Assembly (NCBI RefSeq): GCF_963921235.1
Contig: NC_086108.1
Location: 14,384,001-14,448,000 of the forward strand
Source: Mobula hypostoma
Lineage: Eukaryota
Reading direction: 5' to 3'
DNA: 64,000 bases
Shown one piece after another: positions 25,114-38,995 of the stretch. Numbering within the stretch: the first letter of the stretch is position 1; each line of letters opens with the position of its first letter. The notes beneath the pieces were generated by a model. That model was not told the DNA's origin. It did no database searches and saw nothing but the letters and a program-made list of their open reading frames with translations. The position numbers and the translations under genes were made by a program.

Positions 25114-27926
25114 GCACCTCTTCCTAGAGATGCTGCCTGGCCTGCTGCGTTCATCAGCAACTTTGATGTGTGTTGCTTGAATTTCCAGCATCTGCAGAAT
25201 TCCTGTTGCCTTGCCTTTATCTAGTTTCCTGGTAACTTGCTCGAAAAGCTCTATAAGATTGGTTATACATGACTTAACACTCACAAAGCCATGCCACCTA
25301 TCCTTAATCAGTCCATGTCTATCCAAATACTTGTATATCCTCTTAGAATACCTTCCAATAACTTTCCCACAGCTGCTGTCAGACTCACCACCTAAAATTT
25401 ACTGGTTTCTGTTTAAGCCTTTTTTAAACATCAGAACAACATTGCCAATCCTGCAATCCTCTGGTTCCTCTGTTGTTGCTAAGGATGTTTTAAATGTCTC
25501 TGCTAGGGCCCCTACACTTATCCCATACGGTTCGAGGGAACACCTTGTCAGGCCCTGGGGATTTATCCACCCCAATTTGCCTCATGGGAGCAAACTTCTC
25601 TTCCTCTGCAATCTGTACAGGATCCATGAACTTAATACCACTTTGCCTCACTTCTGCAGACTCTGTCCATCGACTGAGTAAATACAGATGCAAACAATGT
25701 ATTTAAGACCTCTCTCATCTGGTTTGACTCCACACATGGATTACCATTCTGATCTTCCAGAAGACCAGATTTTGTCCCTTGCAATCCTTTTGCTCTTAAC
25801 ATATCTGTAGAATCTCTTAGGATTCACCTTAACCTTGTTTGCTTGAGCAACTTCATGCCGTCTTTTAGCCTTCCTGATTTCTTTCTCAAGTGTTCTTTTG
25901 TATTCCTTGTACTCTATAAACAGCTCAGTTGTTCCTACTTGCCTTTACCTGCTATGCACCTCCTTCTTTTCTCTTAACCAAGGCCTCAATATCTCTAGAA
26001 AACCAAGGTTCCCCATACTTGTTATCTTTACCTTTTATTCTGACAGGCACATTCAAGCTTTTAACTCTCAAAATTTCATTTTTGAAGGCCTCCCACTTTC
26101 TAAGCTCACCTTTGCCAGAAGGCAACCTGTCCCAATCGACAGTTCCCAGATCATTTCTGATACCATCAAAATTGGCCTTTCTCCAACTTAGAATCTCAAA
26201 ATGCAGACCAGACTTACCTTTTTGTATATTTACTTTGAAACTAGTGGCATTGAGGTCACTGGATGCAAAGTGTTGCCCTACACAAATTTCTATCACTTGC
26301 CTTGTCTTATTCCCTAGTAGCAGATCCAGCTTCATATGCTCTGTCATTGGGACTTCTACGTACTGATGGCGGAAACTTTCCTGAACACATTTGTCAAACT
26401 TTATCCAATGTAGTCATTTTACATAATGGGATTCCCAGTGAATATGTGGAAAGTTAAAATCACCTCTTATAACAATCGTATGTTTCTTGCGACAGTCTGC
26501 GATCTCTTTTCAAATTTGTTCTTCTAAATCCCTAGGACTGTTGGGTGGTCTGTAATATAGCACCATTAACGTGGTCATACCTTTCTTATTTCTCAGTTCT
26601 CCCATAATGTCTTATTAGTCAAGTTCTCCAGTTTGTCCTGACTGAGCACTGCCGTGACATTTTCCCTGACTAGTAACGCCACCCCTCCTCCTTTAATCCC
26701 TCCACACTATCACATCTAAATCAACGGAACCCTGGAATATTGAGCTGCCAGTCCTGCCCCCCACCCCCAGCAACCAAGTCTCACTAATGACTACATTATA
26801 ATTCCAGGTGTTGATCCATGCCCTGAGTTCATCTGCCTTTCCTACGAAAAATACACAGCTCAACCTTTTGATTCCTGACATTGTCTGAGATCTTACCAAC
26901 ATCGCCCTCCACAATGTCTCCATGAACTGTTCTGGCATTCTGGTTCCCATCTCCCTGCAACTCTTATTTTAAAATCTACTGTGTAACATTAACAGCCATT
27001 CCCACTAATATCCTCCAGTTCAGGTGCAAACCATCTGTCTGTACGGGTCCCACCTTCCCTGGCAGAGAGCCCAATGATTCAAAAATCTTTTGCCCTCCCT
27101 TGTACACCAACTCCTTAGCCACTTTTTAAACTGTATAATGTACCTCGTTCTGTTATCGTTAGCACATGGCACAGGTGGCAATCTTGAGATGACAACCCTG
27201 GTGGTCCTGCCCTTTAACTTAGCACCTAACTCCCTGATCTCCCTATGCAGAACCTTGTCACTATCACGCCCACGTTATTGGTACCACATGGACCACGTGG
27301 TACCTCTTCTGTCACTAAGAATGATTTAAATATCTCTGCTTGTACCCCGACAATTTCTGCGCTTGCCTCCCACAAGGTCCAAGGGAACAGCTTGTCAAGT
27401 CCTAGGGATTTATCCACCCTGATTTGCCTCAGGAGAGCAAACACCTCCTCCTCTGTTATCTGTACAGGGTCCATGAAATTGATGCCGCTTTGCCTCACTT
27501 CTATAGACTCTGTGTTCGTCTCCTGAGTAAATACAGATGCAAAAAAATTATTGAAGATCTCCCCCTCTGTTTTGGCTTCACACATGAATTACCATCCTGG
27601 TCTTCCAGAGGACCAATTTTGTTCCTTGCAATCCTTTTGGTCTTAACATAAAGGAAGCTTTTCTTTGTAAAGAATGCATTTGGTACATTGGCCTTCATGA
27701 ATCAAAGGATTGAGTACAAGAGTTTGGATGTTATATTGAAATTGGAAAAGATGTTAGTGAAGCCTAATTGTGTCCAGTTTAGATTACCTACATACATGAA
27801 AGATGTAAATGAGATTGAAAGAGTGCAGATAAAAATTACAATGATATTGCTGGGACTTGGGAACCTGATTTGTCAGGACAGTTTGAATAGATTAGGACTT
27901 TATTCCCTAGAATGTAGAAGACTGAG

Positions 27927-29834
27927 TCAAGTCAAGTTGTCACTTTTTATTTTCATTTCGACCATAACTGCTGGTACAGTACACAGTAAAAATGGGGCAA
28001 TGTTTTTCAGGACAATGGTGCTACATGAAACAATACAAACACTACACTGAACTACGTAAAACAACACAAAAACTACACTAGACTACAGACTTACCCAAGA
28101 CTGTATAAAGTGCACAAAACAGTGCAGGCATTACAATAAATAATAAACAAGACAATAGGCACAGTAGAGGGCAGTAGGTTGGTGTCAGTCCAGGCTCTGG
28201 GTATTGAGGAGTCTGATGGCTTAGGGGAAGAAACTGTTACATAGTCTGGTAGTGAGAGCCCGAATGCTTAGGTACCTTTTTCCAGATGGCAGGAGGGAGA
28301 AGAGTTTATATGAGGGGTGCGTGGGGTCCTTCATAATGCTGTTTGCTTTGCGGATGCAGCGTGTGGTGTAAATGTTTGTAATGGCGGGAAGAGAGACCCC
28401 AATTATCTTCTCAGCTGACCTCACTATCCGCTGCAGGGTCTTGCGATCCGAAATGGTGCAATTTCCGAACCAGGCAGTGATGCAGCTGCTCAGGATGCTC
28501 CCAATACAATCTCTGTAGAATGTGGTGAGGATGGGTGGGTGGGAGATGGACTTTTCTCAGCCTTCGCAGAAAGTAGAGACGCTGCTGGGCTTTCTTTGCT
28601 ATGGAGCTGGTGTTGAGGGACCAGGTGAGATTCTCCGCCAGGTGAACACCAAGAAATTCGGTGCTCTTGGAGTCGTCGATGTTCAGCGGAGAGTGGTCGC
28701 TCCATGTCCTCCTGAAGTCAACAACAATCTCTTTTGATTTGTACATTCAGAGATAGGTTGTTGGCTGTGCACCAGTCCGTTAGCCACTGCAGCTCCTCTC
28801 TGTATGCTGACTCATCGTTCTTGCTGATGGGATCCACCATGGTCGTGTCAAACTTGATGATGTGGTTCGAGCTGTGTGATGCAGCACGGTCATGGGTCAG
28901 CAGAGTGAACAGCAGTGGACTGAGCACACAGCCCTGGGGGGCCCCCATACTCACTGTGATGGTGTTGGAGATGCTGCTTCCGATCCAGACTAACTGGGGT
29001 CTCCCAGTCAGGAAGTCTAGGATCCAGTTGCAGAGGGAGGTGTTCAGGCTCAGTAGGCTCAGCAAGTCTATGAACAGCATTCGTACGTATGTATCTTTTT
29101 TGTCCAGGTGGGTTAGGGCCAGGTGGAGGGTGATGGCAATGGCATTGTCTGTTGAACAGTTGGGACAGTATGCGAACTGCAGGGTGTCCAGTGAGGGGGG
29201 CAGCAGGGTCTTGATGTGCCTCATGGCGAGCCTCTCGAAACACTTCATGATGTTGGATATGAGTGCAACGGGACGATAGTCGTTGAGGCAGGACACTGAA
29301 GACTTCTTTGGCACAGGGACGATGAAGCACGCAGGAACGACGGCGCTGCTCAGGGAGATGTTAAAGATGTCAGTGAGAATATCTGCTAGCTGGTCTGCAC
29401 ATCCTCTAAGCACTCTGCCAGGAATATTGTCTGGTCCAGCAGCCTTCTGCGGGTTGACCCTGCACAAGGTTCTCCTCATCAGCCACGGTAAGACACAGCA
29501 CCTGGTCATTTGGAGGAGGGGTGGTCTTCCTCGCCGCCACATCATTTTCCGCCTCACAACGAGCATCTGGGAGGGAGGCATCACCCGCACAGTCAGGTGA
29601 TGATGTCCTGCAGTTGGTTATGTCCTGAATGCCCTTCCACATGCGCCGCGTGTCGCCACTGTCCTGGAAGTGGCTGTGGGTTCGCTGGGCATGTGCACGC
29701 TTTGCCTCTCTGATGGCCCGGGACAGTTTGGCCCTCACTGTTGTTAGGGCTGCCTTGTCACCTGCTCTGAAGGCGGAGTCATGGGTCCTCATCAGCGCAC
29801 GCACCTCCGCGGTCATCAATGGCTTCCGGTTATC
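27927..29834 (-). mobile_element. Rex1/Babar-like LINE, 5'-truncated, inserted in a CR1 3' end
   Basis: TSD actgag (27921-27926, 29835-29840); ORF 28718-29590 [13 protein letters not shown]...NDYRPVAL...[14 protein letters not shown]; (CTTGA)n tail. Confidence 0.88.
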
Positions 29835-30137
29835 ACTGAGAGGAGATTTGATAGAGGTGTACAAAATTTTGAGGGGTATGGATAGGTTAAATGCCAGCAG
29901 GCTTTTTAACACTGAAGTTGTGTGAGACTACGGTTAGAGGTCATGGGTTAAAGATGAATGGTGAGATGTTTAAGGGGAGCATGAGGGGGTGCTTCTTCAC
30001 TCAGAGGATGGTGGGAGTATGGAACATGATCCTATGTTTTATGGTCTATGTGTAAACCCCACGGAGTGGTACGCAAGCACAGGATTGAACCCAGGTCCCT
30101 GTCAGGCAAAGCGGATATGGAACCAGATAACTGCAAC

Positions 30138-30345
30138 TCATAGTCATAGTTATAGTCATACTTTATTAATCCCGGGGGAAATTGGTTTTCATTACAGTTG
30201 CTCCATAAATGATACATAGTAATAGAACCATAAATAGTTAAATAGTAATATGTAAATTATGCCAGTAAATTATGAAATAAATCAGGACCAGCCTATTGGC
30301 TCAGGATGTCTGACCCTCCAAGGGAGGAGTTGAGCAAGTCTTACA
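30138..30345 (-). mobile_element. LINE 3'-end fragment with (TATGAC)n tail
   Basis: Reverse complement of the element at 43403-43745 (cctgagccaataggctggtcctg; aaccaatttcccccggga). Confidence 0.7.
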
Positions 30346-31664
30346 TCAGTGGTGCTGAAGTTATTCGAAACTATTCCAGGGACAGAAACTATCCACACTT
30401 CAAAAGACGGGACTGTGTTGATATGAAATCCTGTCTCACTAATTTGACTGAATTTTTGAAAATGTAACAAAAATATATTGATATGGGCACTGTCTTGATG
30501 TTGTCTATATGGACTTTTGCAAGGCATTTGACAAATTCTCTCCTGGTAGGCTGATCCAAAAGGCTAGATCTAGGGCGGTCTTTCAAATTTGATCAAAACC
30601 AATTTGGTGATAGGAGAGAGAGTGTGATATTGAAGTGTTGTTTTTGTGAAGGTCTATGATCAGTGTTTGGTGATGGATGTACAATGTTTGCAAAACAAAT
30701 TAATGAGCTGGGTGGGTCTACAATATTCATGTCCAAGATCATAGATGACACAAAAACTTGTGGTATTGTAGACAGTGAAGAGGTATTTTATCTTAGGGAA
30801 CAATAATGATTAGCTAGAGAGTTCGGTGGAACAGTGGCAGATGGAATTTAATCTTGACAAGTACAAACTGTTGCATTGTCACAGATTAAATAGGTTACGA
30901 TATATGCAGCATGTGTTCAAGCCCAAGGGAAAGTTGATGCATCAAAGGATCGTAGGGTAGTTTTTAGAGCTTGTTTCCCTTCTCACTTTAACCTATGTCT
31001 TCTCGTTCTTGATTCCTCAATCCTGGGAAAAAGATTGTGTATTCACCCTATCTATGCCCATCAGTCCCATTTCTCCTACCATCACACCTTCCCATTTCCT
31101 TTGTACATTGCAACTTACACTTCCTCACTTGTGCATAACAACCTACCCCCGATGCTTTCTTGCCATTGCACTACAATAGGGTCCACTGCTTTCTGCAGGA
31201 ATGAAACAAGCTGCAGAGAGTAGTGGTGTCAGCCAGCGCATCATAGCCACATCCCTCCTCACCATCCCTGAATATGTACGTGAGGTGCTGCTTTAAGAAG
31301 ACGACAAAATCGATCATCAGAGATCCCCACCATTCAGGACATGCCATGTTCTCTCAGCAACCACTGGGCAGGAGGTACAGAATCCTGAGGTGTCACACCA
31401 CCGGGTTCAAGAAAAGCTGCGTTCCTTCAACCATTCCTTTGTTAACTAACCTGCACAACACACTTTATATTGTAAGGTATTTTGTTTTATTTCTTCCTAA
31501 TTATGTTATTTCTCATATAGTTCATGTTCAATTTGTGTTATTGTATTAACATTGTGACTCTGATGCTCTGCGGCTGTGATGTTGCTGCAGGTAAGTTTTT
31601 CATTACATCTGTGCATGATGTACTTGTGCCTATGACAATGAGCTTGACTTTGAATGAGGGGTTA

Positions 31665-31830
31665 TTCACAAAGGCCAATTAACCTACTGAGATGTGTTAG
31701 GGAAGCTGGTGTTCCCAGAGAAAACCCGGGTGGAGGGAACATGTGAACTTTATACGGACAGTCCCAGAGGTCAGGATGGAATGTGAGCTGCAGGACCTGT
31801 CAGGAGCCTCAGGTGCTGCACAGCCAGCCT
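31665..31830 (-). mobile_element. Degraded SINE, V-SINE-like; a second remnant at ~33200-33380
   Basis: ggccaattaacctac...gggaagctggtgttcccagagaaaaccc...gaacatgtgaact resembles the recalled V-domain. Confidence 0.45.
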
Positions 31831-32139
31831 ATCTGCAATTCTCAGATTACCTGTGGTCGCAGTCCAATGCCAGAAACACAATGTAAGGTCCTGTCATTTG
31901 AATTAAGCATTATACTAAGGCCCTGTCTGCTCTCTTTGGTGGACATTAGATCCCATCACATTACTTCATAGGACAGCCAAGAACTTTTCCCGAGCCATTT
32001 GGGTCAATATTTATTCATTAACCGACATCATTGGAACATGTTACCTTGCATTTATTTTGTATATATTTTTGGACATCTTGCTGTTCTCTAATTTGTTCAC
32101 ACCTTTCCTACATTACAAGTTTGACAGTTTAACTTTGTT

Positions 32140-32530
32140 AACACAAGAAATTCTGCAGATGCTAGCAATCCAAATTAACACGCACAAAATGCTGGAGGAA
32201 CTCAGCAGGTCAGGCAGCATCTATGGAAATGAATAAACAGTTGACACTTCAGGCCGAGAACATTCCTCTAAAAAGGAAGGGGGAAGATGCCAGAATAAAA
32301 AGATGGGGGGAGAGGAAGGAGGATAGCCAAAGCCAGGTGGTAAAGGGGTGGAAAGGAAGGAATCTTGTAGGAGAGGAGAGTGGACCACAAGAGAACGGGA
32401 AGGAGGAAGGAACCCACGGGAAGTGGTAAGCAAGTGAGAAGAGATGAGAGGCCAGAGTGGGGAATAGAAGAAGAGGGGAGGGAAGGAATATTTTTTTAAA
32501 CTGGAAGAAGAAATCAATCTTCATGCTTCA
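32140..32530 (-). mobile_element. Penelope-like 3'-end fragment; a weaker remnant at ~34225-34560
   Basis: ttctgcagatgct...acaaaatgctggaggaactcagcaggtcaggcagcatctatgg followed by a purine-rich tract; antisense counterpart of the 41400-41790 3' UTR. Confidence 0.7.
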
Positions 32531-34667
32531 TTATTTGCGATGCCTGAGTTTGACAAAGGGGCAATACTCCTTTCTGTTTGCCAATGTGAATTTGGAAATG
32601 AGTTGTAGATAAGTAATAAAGTAAATTGTATTGGAAGTTTTCTGTTGACAAGGTTGGTGTCAAGGTACAGAACATTGAAATTGAGGCCAATGTATGGCTT
32701 TTAGAATTTCTTTGCATTCTGTATGTGAAATGATGAACCGTGACTCTGTTGGTTCTTAGTCAAAGAAATGTAAGCACAAAAATCATGAGCATGCTGCGGA
32801 ATAGTACTCTTTTTGGAATTGCCTGATGGGTAGAACTGGGTCTTGGGTTCTTCCAACAATGCGACCTTGCATGAGAAGGCATCCCAAAGAAGAGCAGTGG
32901 AGTTCTCCCTGGCATTGTACGTACAATTACCCCTCAATCAACAGCACTAAAATAGATTGCTGCCTGTGTAAATTTGTCACAAGTCAACCCTCATGATTTG
33001 TACGCTATCCGTGATCACAGCACAAACTCATTTTCTGACAGGAAATGGCGGTTGTGACAGGTATAGATGTAAAATTTTGTTTCCAAAGGTACAATGGAGC
33101 AACGTTATAGAATAATATCACACAGCAGTGGACTCTGGTGCAGACCATCTGTTTGCCCTAATTACATTTTATTTTCCCCACATTTCAATCAACTCCCCCA
33201 GATTCTAACTCTCACCCACACTCTATAGGGAACTTAGTGATCAAATAACTTATCAGTGTGCACATCACTAAGATGTGGGAGGAAACTATGTAGTCACAGA
33301 GAGAATACACAGCATGAGAGGTCAAGATAGATTCCAGATTGCTGGAGCCGTGAAGCGTGGCTTAATTAATTGTGCCACAATTCCAACCTGAGATGATATA
33401 TGTCATGATAGAAGTGTTCAAAATCATTCAGGGTATGATTAAAGTAGATGCCATCTGCTATTTCAAAATTAATCATCATCAAGGACAGGGGGCCATAAGT
33501 GGGGGCTGGTTAAAATGAGATTTCAGACTACTATCAGGAAGCATTTCTTTACACAGTGAGTTGTGGACACATGGAACAAACTACCCAGTTCTGTAGTTGA
33601 GAGTAGTACCTTGGAGACATTCAAATCTAAACTCGATAGTTATTTCAACACCCTATGTGAGTAGGAATTTGGCAAGCTTTATTGGGTCGAATGGCCTATT
33701 CTCGTCAAAAACTTACTTATGTTCTAATTTGTGCTCTTGTATATTTTTACAAAGTGGATCCAGATAATGGGGCAGTTGTTCAGTGGAATGGATTATGAGT
33801 TAATGTTTGTCAATTTTAAACTAGCTGCAAAATCATTAACAAAAGATCAATAGAACAGAGCTCCAGTAACACACAAAAGGTTTGACAAGCTGAGTTACTG
33901 CAGATACAAAGGATTGGCTGCAACCTTAGTTATTCCAATGTAAGAAGAGCTCAGTAATCACACTCATTGCTCACTCAAGTTCAGTGAAAACACCAGCCTC
34001 CTCACATGCAGTGGCCTGTCAGACACCATATGTTGCCCTGAAACACTGAAAGTACTGATACCACTCGCTGCCCTTATTCACAATGTAATTGAGTAAAATT
34101 AATCCAATTACTGTCCCACAAACATTGTTGTTCAAGGATTCCATATTGGAAGAGAAAACAATCAAACAAATTTAGCTCGCTAGAAACAGGGTTAATTATA
34201 ATGTGGACAATGAAATGAAGACCAGAACACAGGATGTGCTGGAAGAAATCAGCGAGGCAGGCAACATCAATGCAATGGTTGAAGCCCTTCAGCTGGATTG
34301 ACAGATAGTATGGAGATAGCCAGTACGAGTGATGAGGGGATAGGGAAAAAACAAGAGCTGTCATGGACGCAAGTGAGGGGGAAGGTGATAGCAGATGGAT
34401 GAGAGGAGAATGGGAATAGTGACAGAATCTAGGGCATGATAGGTGGAGGTGACTAAAGAACAGAAGATAATGGAATCGGCTAGGAGAGGACAGTGATTGA
34501 TGGGCAAGTGGAGAAGGAGAAAGAGGGGATGGGGGAGCTTACAAAACAAAGAAAAAAATGAGGGAAATTAATGGAATTGAATCCACAGCATAGAATACAC
34601 AAGGATGTGGCCTTAGAAATAATAGATACCCTCCTGAACAGTCCCAGTGACATGGAGATTGTTAATA

Positions 34668-34950
34668 TACATTTCATGGCCACTTTATTAGGTACCGATC
34701 ACTGAGTGTAGTTTGTGGTCTGCTGCTGCTGTAGCCCATCCACTTCAAGGTTTGACATGTTGTGCGTTCAGAAATGCTCTTTTGTCCACCACTGTTGTAA
34801 CATATGGTTAATTGAGTTATTGTCAACTTGGACCCATCTGACCATTCTTCTTTCACCTTTCTCATTAGCAAGGTGTTTTTTTTTGCCTACAGAACTCCCG
34901 CTCACTGGATTTTTTTTTGTCTTTCACACCATTCTCTGTAATGTCTAGAA
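34668..34950. mobile_element. Tc1/mariner-like non-autonomous fragment; related copy at ~46126-46665
   Basis: TIR-like tggccactttattaggtac; internal ctgctgctgtagcccatc(c/t)(a/g)cttcaaggtttgacatgttgtg is shared with 46170-46210. Confidence 0.6.
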
Positions 34951-37900
34951 AAAAGAAAAAAAAATTAACAATAGGCCAGTGAACTGAACACTGGGAAGAT
35001 CAGGAGTCTATTATGAAAGGTATAATAATAGACAGGATTGCAGGGAAAGACTGTCTGTCGTGTGGGAGGCCTTTAAAGGTGTAATATCAAGAGTTGCGGG
35101 CCTGCATGTTCCTGCTAGGCTGAAGGGTAAATTAGTTGGCCCAAAAAAAATATTGAGCACCTGGTTAAGTAAAAGAGAAAGGCATACACTGAATAAGCAA
35201 TTGGGGAACCAATAAATCTTTTGATGACTGCAAGTGTAGGAGAGCACTTAAGAGAGAAGTTAGGAGAGGAAAAGCAGGATATCAGAAGGATCTGGCAGGC
35301 ATGGAAAAGCGAAGTCCTAAGAGGTTTTTTGGGTATATTAAGATTAAAAAAGTAGCAAGGGAGAGAATATGAACATCTATATGGAACCAAAGGAAATAGA
35401 TAAGATTTTTAATGAATATTTCACTTCAGTTTTTACTGTGGAGAAAACAGATGGAATTTAATGCAGACAAGTGTGAGGTGGTGTACTTTGGGAGGACAAT
35501 CCAGGGTAGGTCTTACACAGTGAATGTTAGAGTACTGAGGAATGTGGTAGAACAAAAGGATCTGGGAATACAGGCCCATAGTTCCTTGAAAGTGGCGTCA
35601 TAGGTAGATAGGGTCGCAAAAAGTACTTTTGGCATATTGGCCTTCATAAATCAAAGTATTTAGTACAGGAGTTGGGACGTTATGTTGAAACTGGACAAGA
35701 CAGTGATGAGGCCAAATCTGGAGTAATGTGTGAGTTATGGTGACACAGGGGAAGTATCAATAAGACTGAAAGACTGCAGAGAAAGTTTACAAGGATGTTG
35801 CTAGTTACAGAGAAAGATTGAATAGGTTAGGACTTTTTTTCCCCAGACCATAGGAGAATGAAGGGATAGGCGTATACAAAGTTATGATGGGTGTAGATAA
35901 GGGTTAATACAAGCAGACCCTTTCCACTGAGCTTGGGTGAGACTCAAACTAGTGGTCATAGTTTATGGGTAAAAGGTGAAATATTTAAAGGGAACGTCAC
36001 AGGGAGCCTCTTCACTCAAAGGGTGGTACAAGTGTGGAGTGAGCTGCCAGCGGAAGTGATGGCTGTGGGCTTGATTGTAATATTTTAGAGAGGTTTGGCT
36101 AAGTATATGGACGGGAGAGGAATGAATGTCTGTGGTTCAGGTGGAGGTGGATGGGACAGTAGAATAACAGCTTGGCATGGTCTAAATTGGCTGAAGGGCC
36201 TGTTCTTGGGCTGTCATGCTCTGTGACTTGAGAATCTAAATTGAAGGAAGTTAAGGAAATGGGGAAATTGGAGTATCGTATTCAATTCCGGTTGTCTCAG
36301 TATCGGAAGCATTACAGAGGATGCAGATATTTACCAGGATGCTGCCTGGATTAAAGAGCACGTCTTAAGAGGTTGAGTGAACTAGAGCTTTTCTCTCTGG
36401 AGCGAAGGATGATGAGAGGTAGCTTGACAGAGTTTTACAAGATGATAAGGGGTATAGATAAAGTGGACAGCCAAAGACAGTTTTCCAGGGGTGAAAATGG
36501 CTAATATGAAGTGACCTAATTTTAAGGTAAGTATAGAATGGATGTCAGAGGTAAGTTTTTTAAATAGAGAGTGGTAGGTGCAATGAATATGGTGCCAAGG
36601 GTGGTAGTGGAGGCAGATACATTAGCAACATTTAAGAGACTCTTAGATAGGAACATGGATGAAAGAGAAAATAGAGGGCTGTGTGAGAGGGAAGTGTAAG
36701 ATTTATTTTAGAGTTGGTTAAAAGGTCAGCATAACATCATGGGCTAAAGAGCCTGTACTGTGCTGTACTGATCTGTGTTCTATATTCTATGAGCACTGGT
36801 AGCGCCAGAGATTTTTTTCTTGCTGGTGCTACAGTGGGGCTGAATTATTCAGTGATGGTGCTGAGGGATGTACTGTATGGTAATATGTATTCGCAAGGCT
36901 AGACGCGTGGCATTCAAAAGTCAGTTTCAAGCATTATGTGCCTACTATAAATGCCTCTGTTTATTCACAAGCAACAGCAATTGATAGATCTAATATAGAA
37001 GTGAACTGTGACAGTGTCAACAGCATCGGAGACAACCCGGGCTACACAGAGCATAAACAAACAAACCAACAGAGCATCCGACCCACAGCGCACAACATGA
37101 ATCACACACCAACCCCGCAATCGGCGTCAAATGTGTGCTTTTCAACTGAAAAACACAACACTAATCCAAAATGTCCACTGCTATTCACATTACATAGACA
37201 GACAATGCCAAAAGACACACCATTATTAAAGTCAAATAAGGCAAACAACAGATGCAAGGCTTTACCAGGAGTTGGACAAACCATACTCTGACCATGCAAT
37301 ACCTCATTTTTTTCGGTTACTGAATTTAAAACAAAAATCAACAGAATCGCCGCTTGGAAGTCTAAGCAAAACCAGTAGGCTTAATAGCAGTAAATGTAAT
37401 ATTTTAGGATTTGCAGGAAACATAAGAACTGTGGGGTATCCACCACAAGATAATATTTATAATCAGCATTAGTCTAGGCCCAAATTTTTAAAAAATCGAC
37501 TGCATTCACCATTGATGTTTTCAGAGAAGCACAATCTGTCTGTTGTTGTGATTGGTGGCGAAAGCATCAATGATTTTCTGGATGTCAAGTGCCTTGGTCC
37601 TCTGGCTGTTTATGACCAACAGGGCCAAGTTGCTGTTCCGAGCATCGCCGCTGTTATTCCTTAGGTAGTTTTTGAGGCGTCTGAGGCAAGAGAAACTCCG
37701 TTTGCATGAGGCAGATGTCACAAGCAGAGTCAGTGATATGCAGATTAGTTTTTATAAATCTATAAATGCATCACAGTAGGGTCTCATTACAGCTAGAAAT
37801 TCCACTGTGTCATTCACTGTCTGTCCTTGCTTTTGTTTTGTTTCCAGCAGACGCTGAACCTGATGTAGCTCTGCAGTCAGGTTCACTTCAGTCACTCCAT

Positions 37901-38995
37901 AGTATTGGGCCATTGGCCAAAGACAATTCTTGTCTAGGAAGAACTTGTGTTTGGGACTCAATGCTGAGACTCCAGTCAGAACACCCCCAGTCTCAACTGA
38001 GAACCGTCTTTTCATTTCAGTCAGAAGTCTGTCTATAACCGGATAGAAACAGTGCTTGCGAAGGTCATCAGAGGATGTGACAGGTGTGCGTTCAGTTTGG
38101 GCCTCAACAACAAAATCATTTAGGCGGCGGGGTGGCTGGGCCTGTCTCCTTTCATGTGGTCTGCTCTGTATACCGGCCTTGACGCACAGGTCCCAAGCTC
38201 TTGCCTGAATTTCACTCCATGATTCCTCTCCCCGTTTTGCTGAGAGTGCATCAATAACAGACTGAGCCAAGTCCACAGCGGATGAAAGCTCCAAACTGGG
38301 AGATCGTAGCTGGGCTGACATGAACTTGGTGACTCAGAATAAATCCTCAAACAGAGTGAGAAGTAAAGCAAACTGCTCGTCAATCAGTCCATTTACAGCT
38401 CTGGCCTCCGTTTTCCTCCGTGCATTTGGTTGTCACATAATATCCTGTAGTGTAGCTAGAATGGCAGGGAGTGATTTCCTTATAGCTCACAAAGCTGTAT
38501 ACTGCCATGCCCAGCATGTATCTGACAATTTCTTCAACTCTGCGGGCTGTGCAGTTGATTCCAGTTCTCTCTGTTTCTTCATGACAAGATCATGGGCAAC
38601 AGAGTTTGAAAAGAAGTTGTAAAACAGCTATAAGTGTCCCTATCCCAGACCCTTCCACACCTTCGGGACACTTTCTTCGCCGTCTGTAATGGTCCTACCC
38701 GTTATTTCATCCTCCGTCGGATTCACGCCTGCAATCGCCGTTTTTTTGACTTTGTCATGTTAGGCAAAGATCGCAAGATCCTACATCTCCGGATCCAGAG
38801 CCTGCCGGCCCCGACGTTAGCAGGCATGAACTTCAGATTGCGGCCTCTGCCATTGATCTCGGCGGCTCCAACACCTCAGGGCATATTCAAAACCCGGACT
38901 CCAGCAACGACCACGGACACCTTCACAGCGATCGCGCAATCACCAACTGCGACTCCAGCCTTGAACTCCAGGCCGGGTCTTTATGTGCTGCTGTT

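Larger units (their letters stand above)
24977..25206. mobile_element. Young Penelope-derived fold-back insertion (inverted 3'-end/pLTR duplication)
   Basis: 13-bp TSD tgccttgccttta (24964-24976, 25207-25219). Arms 24976-25066 and 25074-25164 (91 bp, 3 mismatches by eye), 7-nt loop aagttaa. 25075-25206 differs from the 3' end of the Penelope at 38630-41792 by about 4 substitutions. Confidence 0.92.
23805..27650 (-). mobile_element. Degraded CR1 LINE(s), minus strand
   Basis: Minus ORFs SGVPQRSVLGPLLFVIY..ISKFAD, HGFVSVKSCITNLIELF, VGKADELRAWINTWNY..ISETWL; hosts the hairpin at 24977-25206. Confidence 0.85.

Noticed and set aside
24927..25224. Mirror-image ORFs (NAAGQAASLGRGAVDVSGRDPSSGLT) on both strands as a peptide gene
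   Set aside because: A consequence of the DNA palindrome in a non-coding Penelope 3' end.
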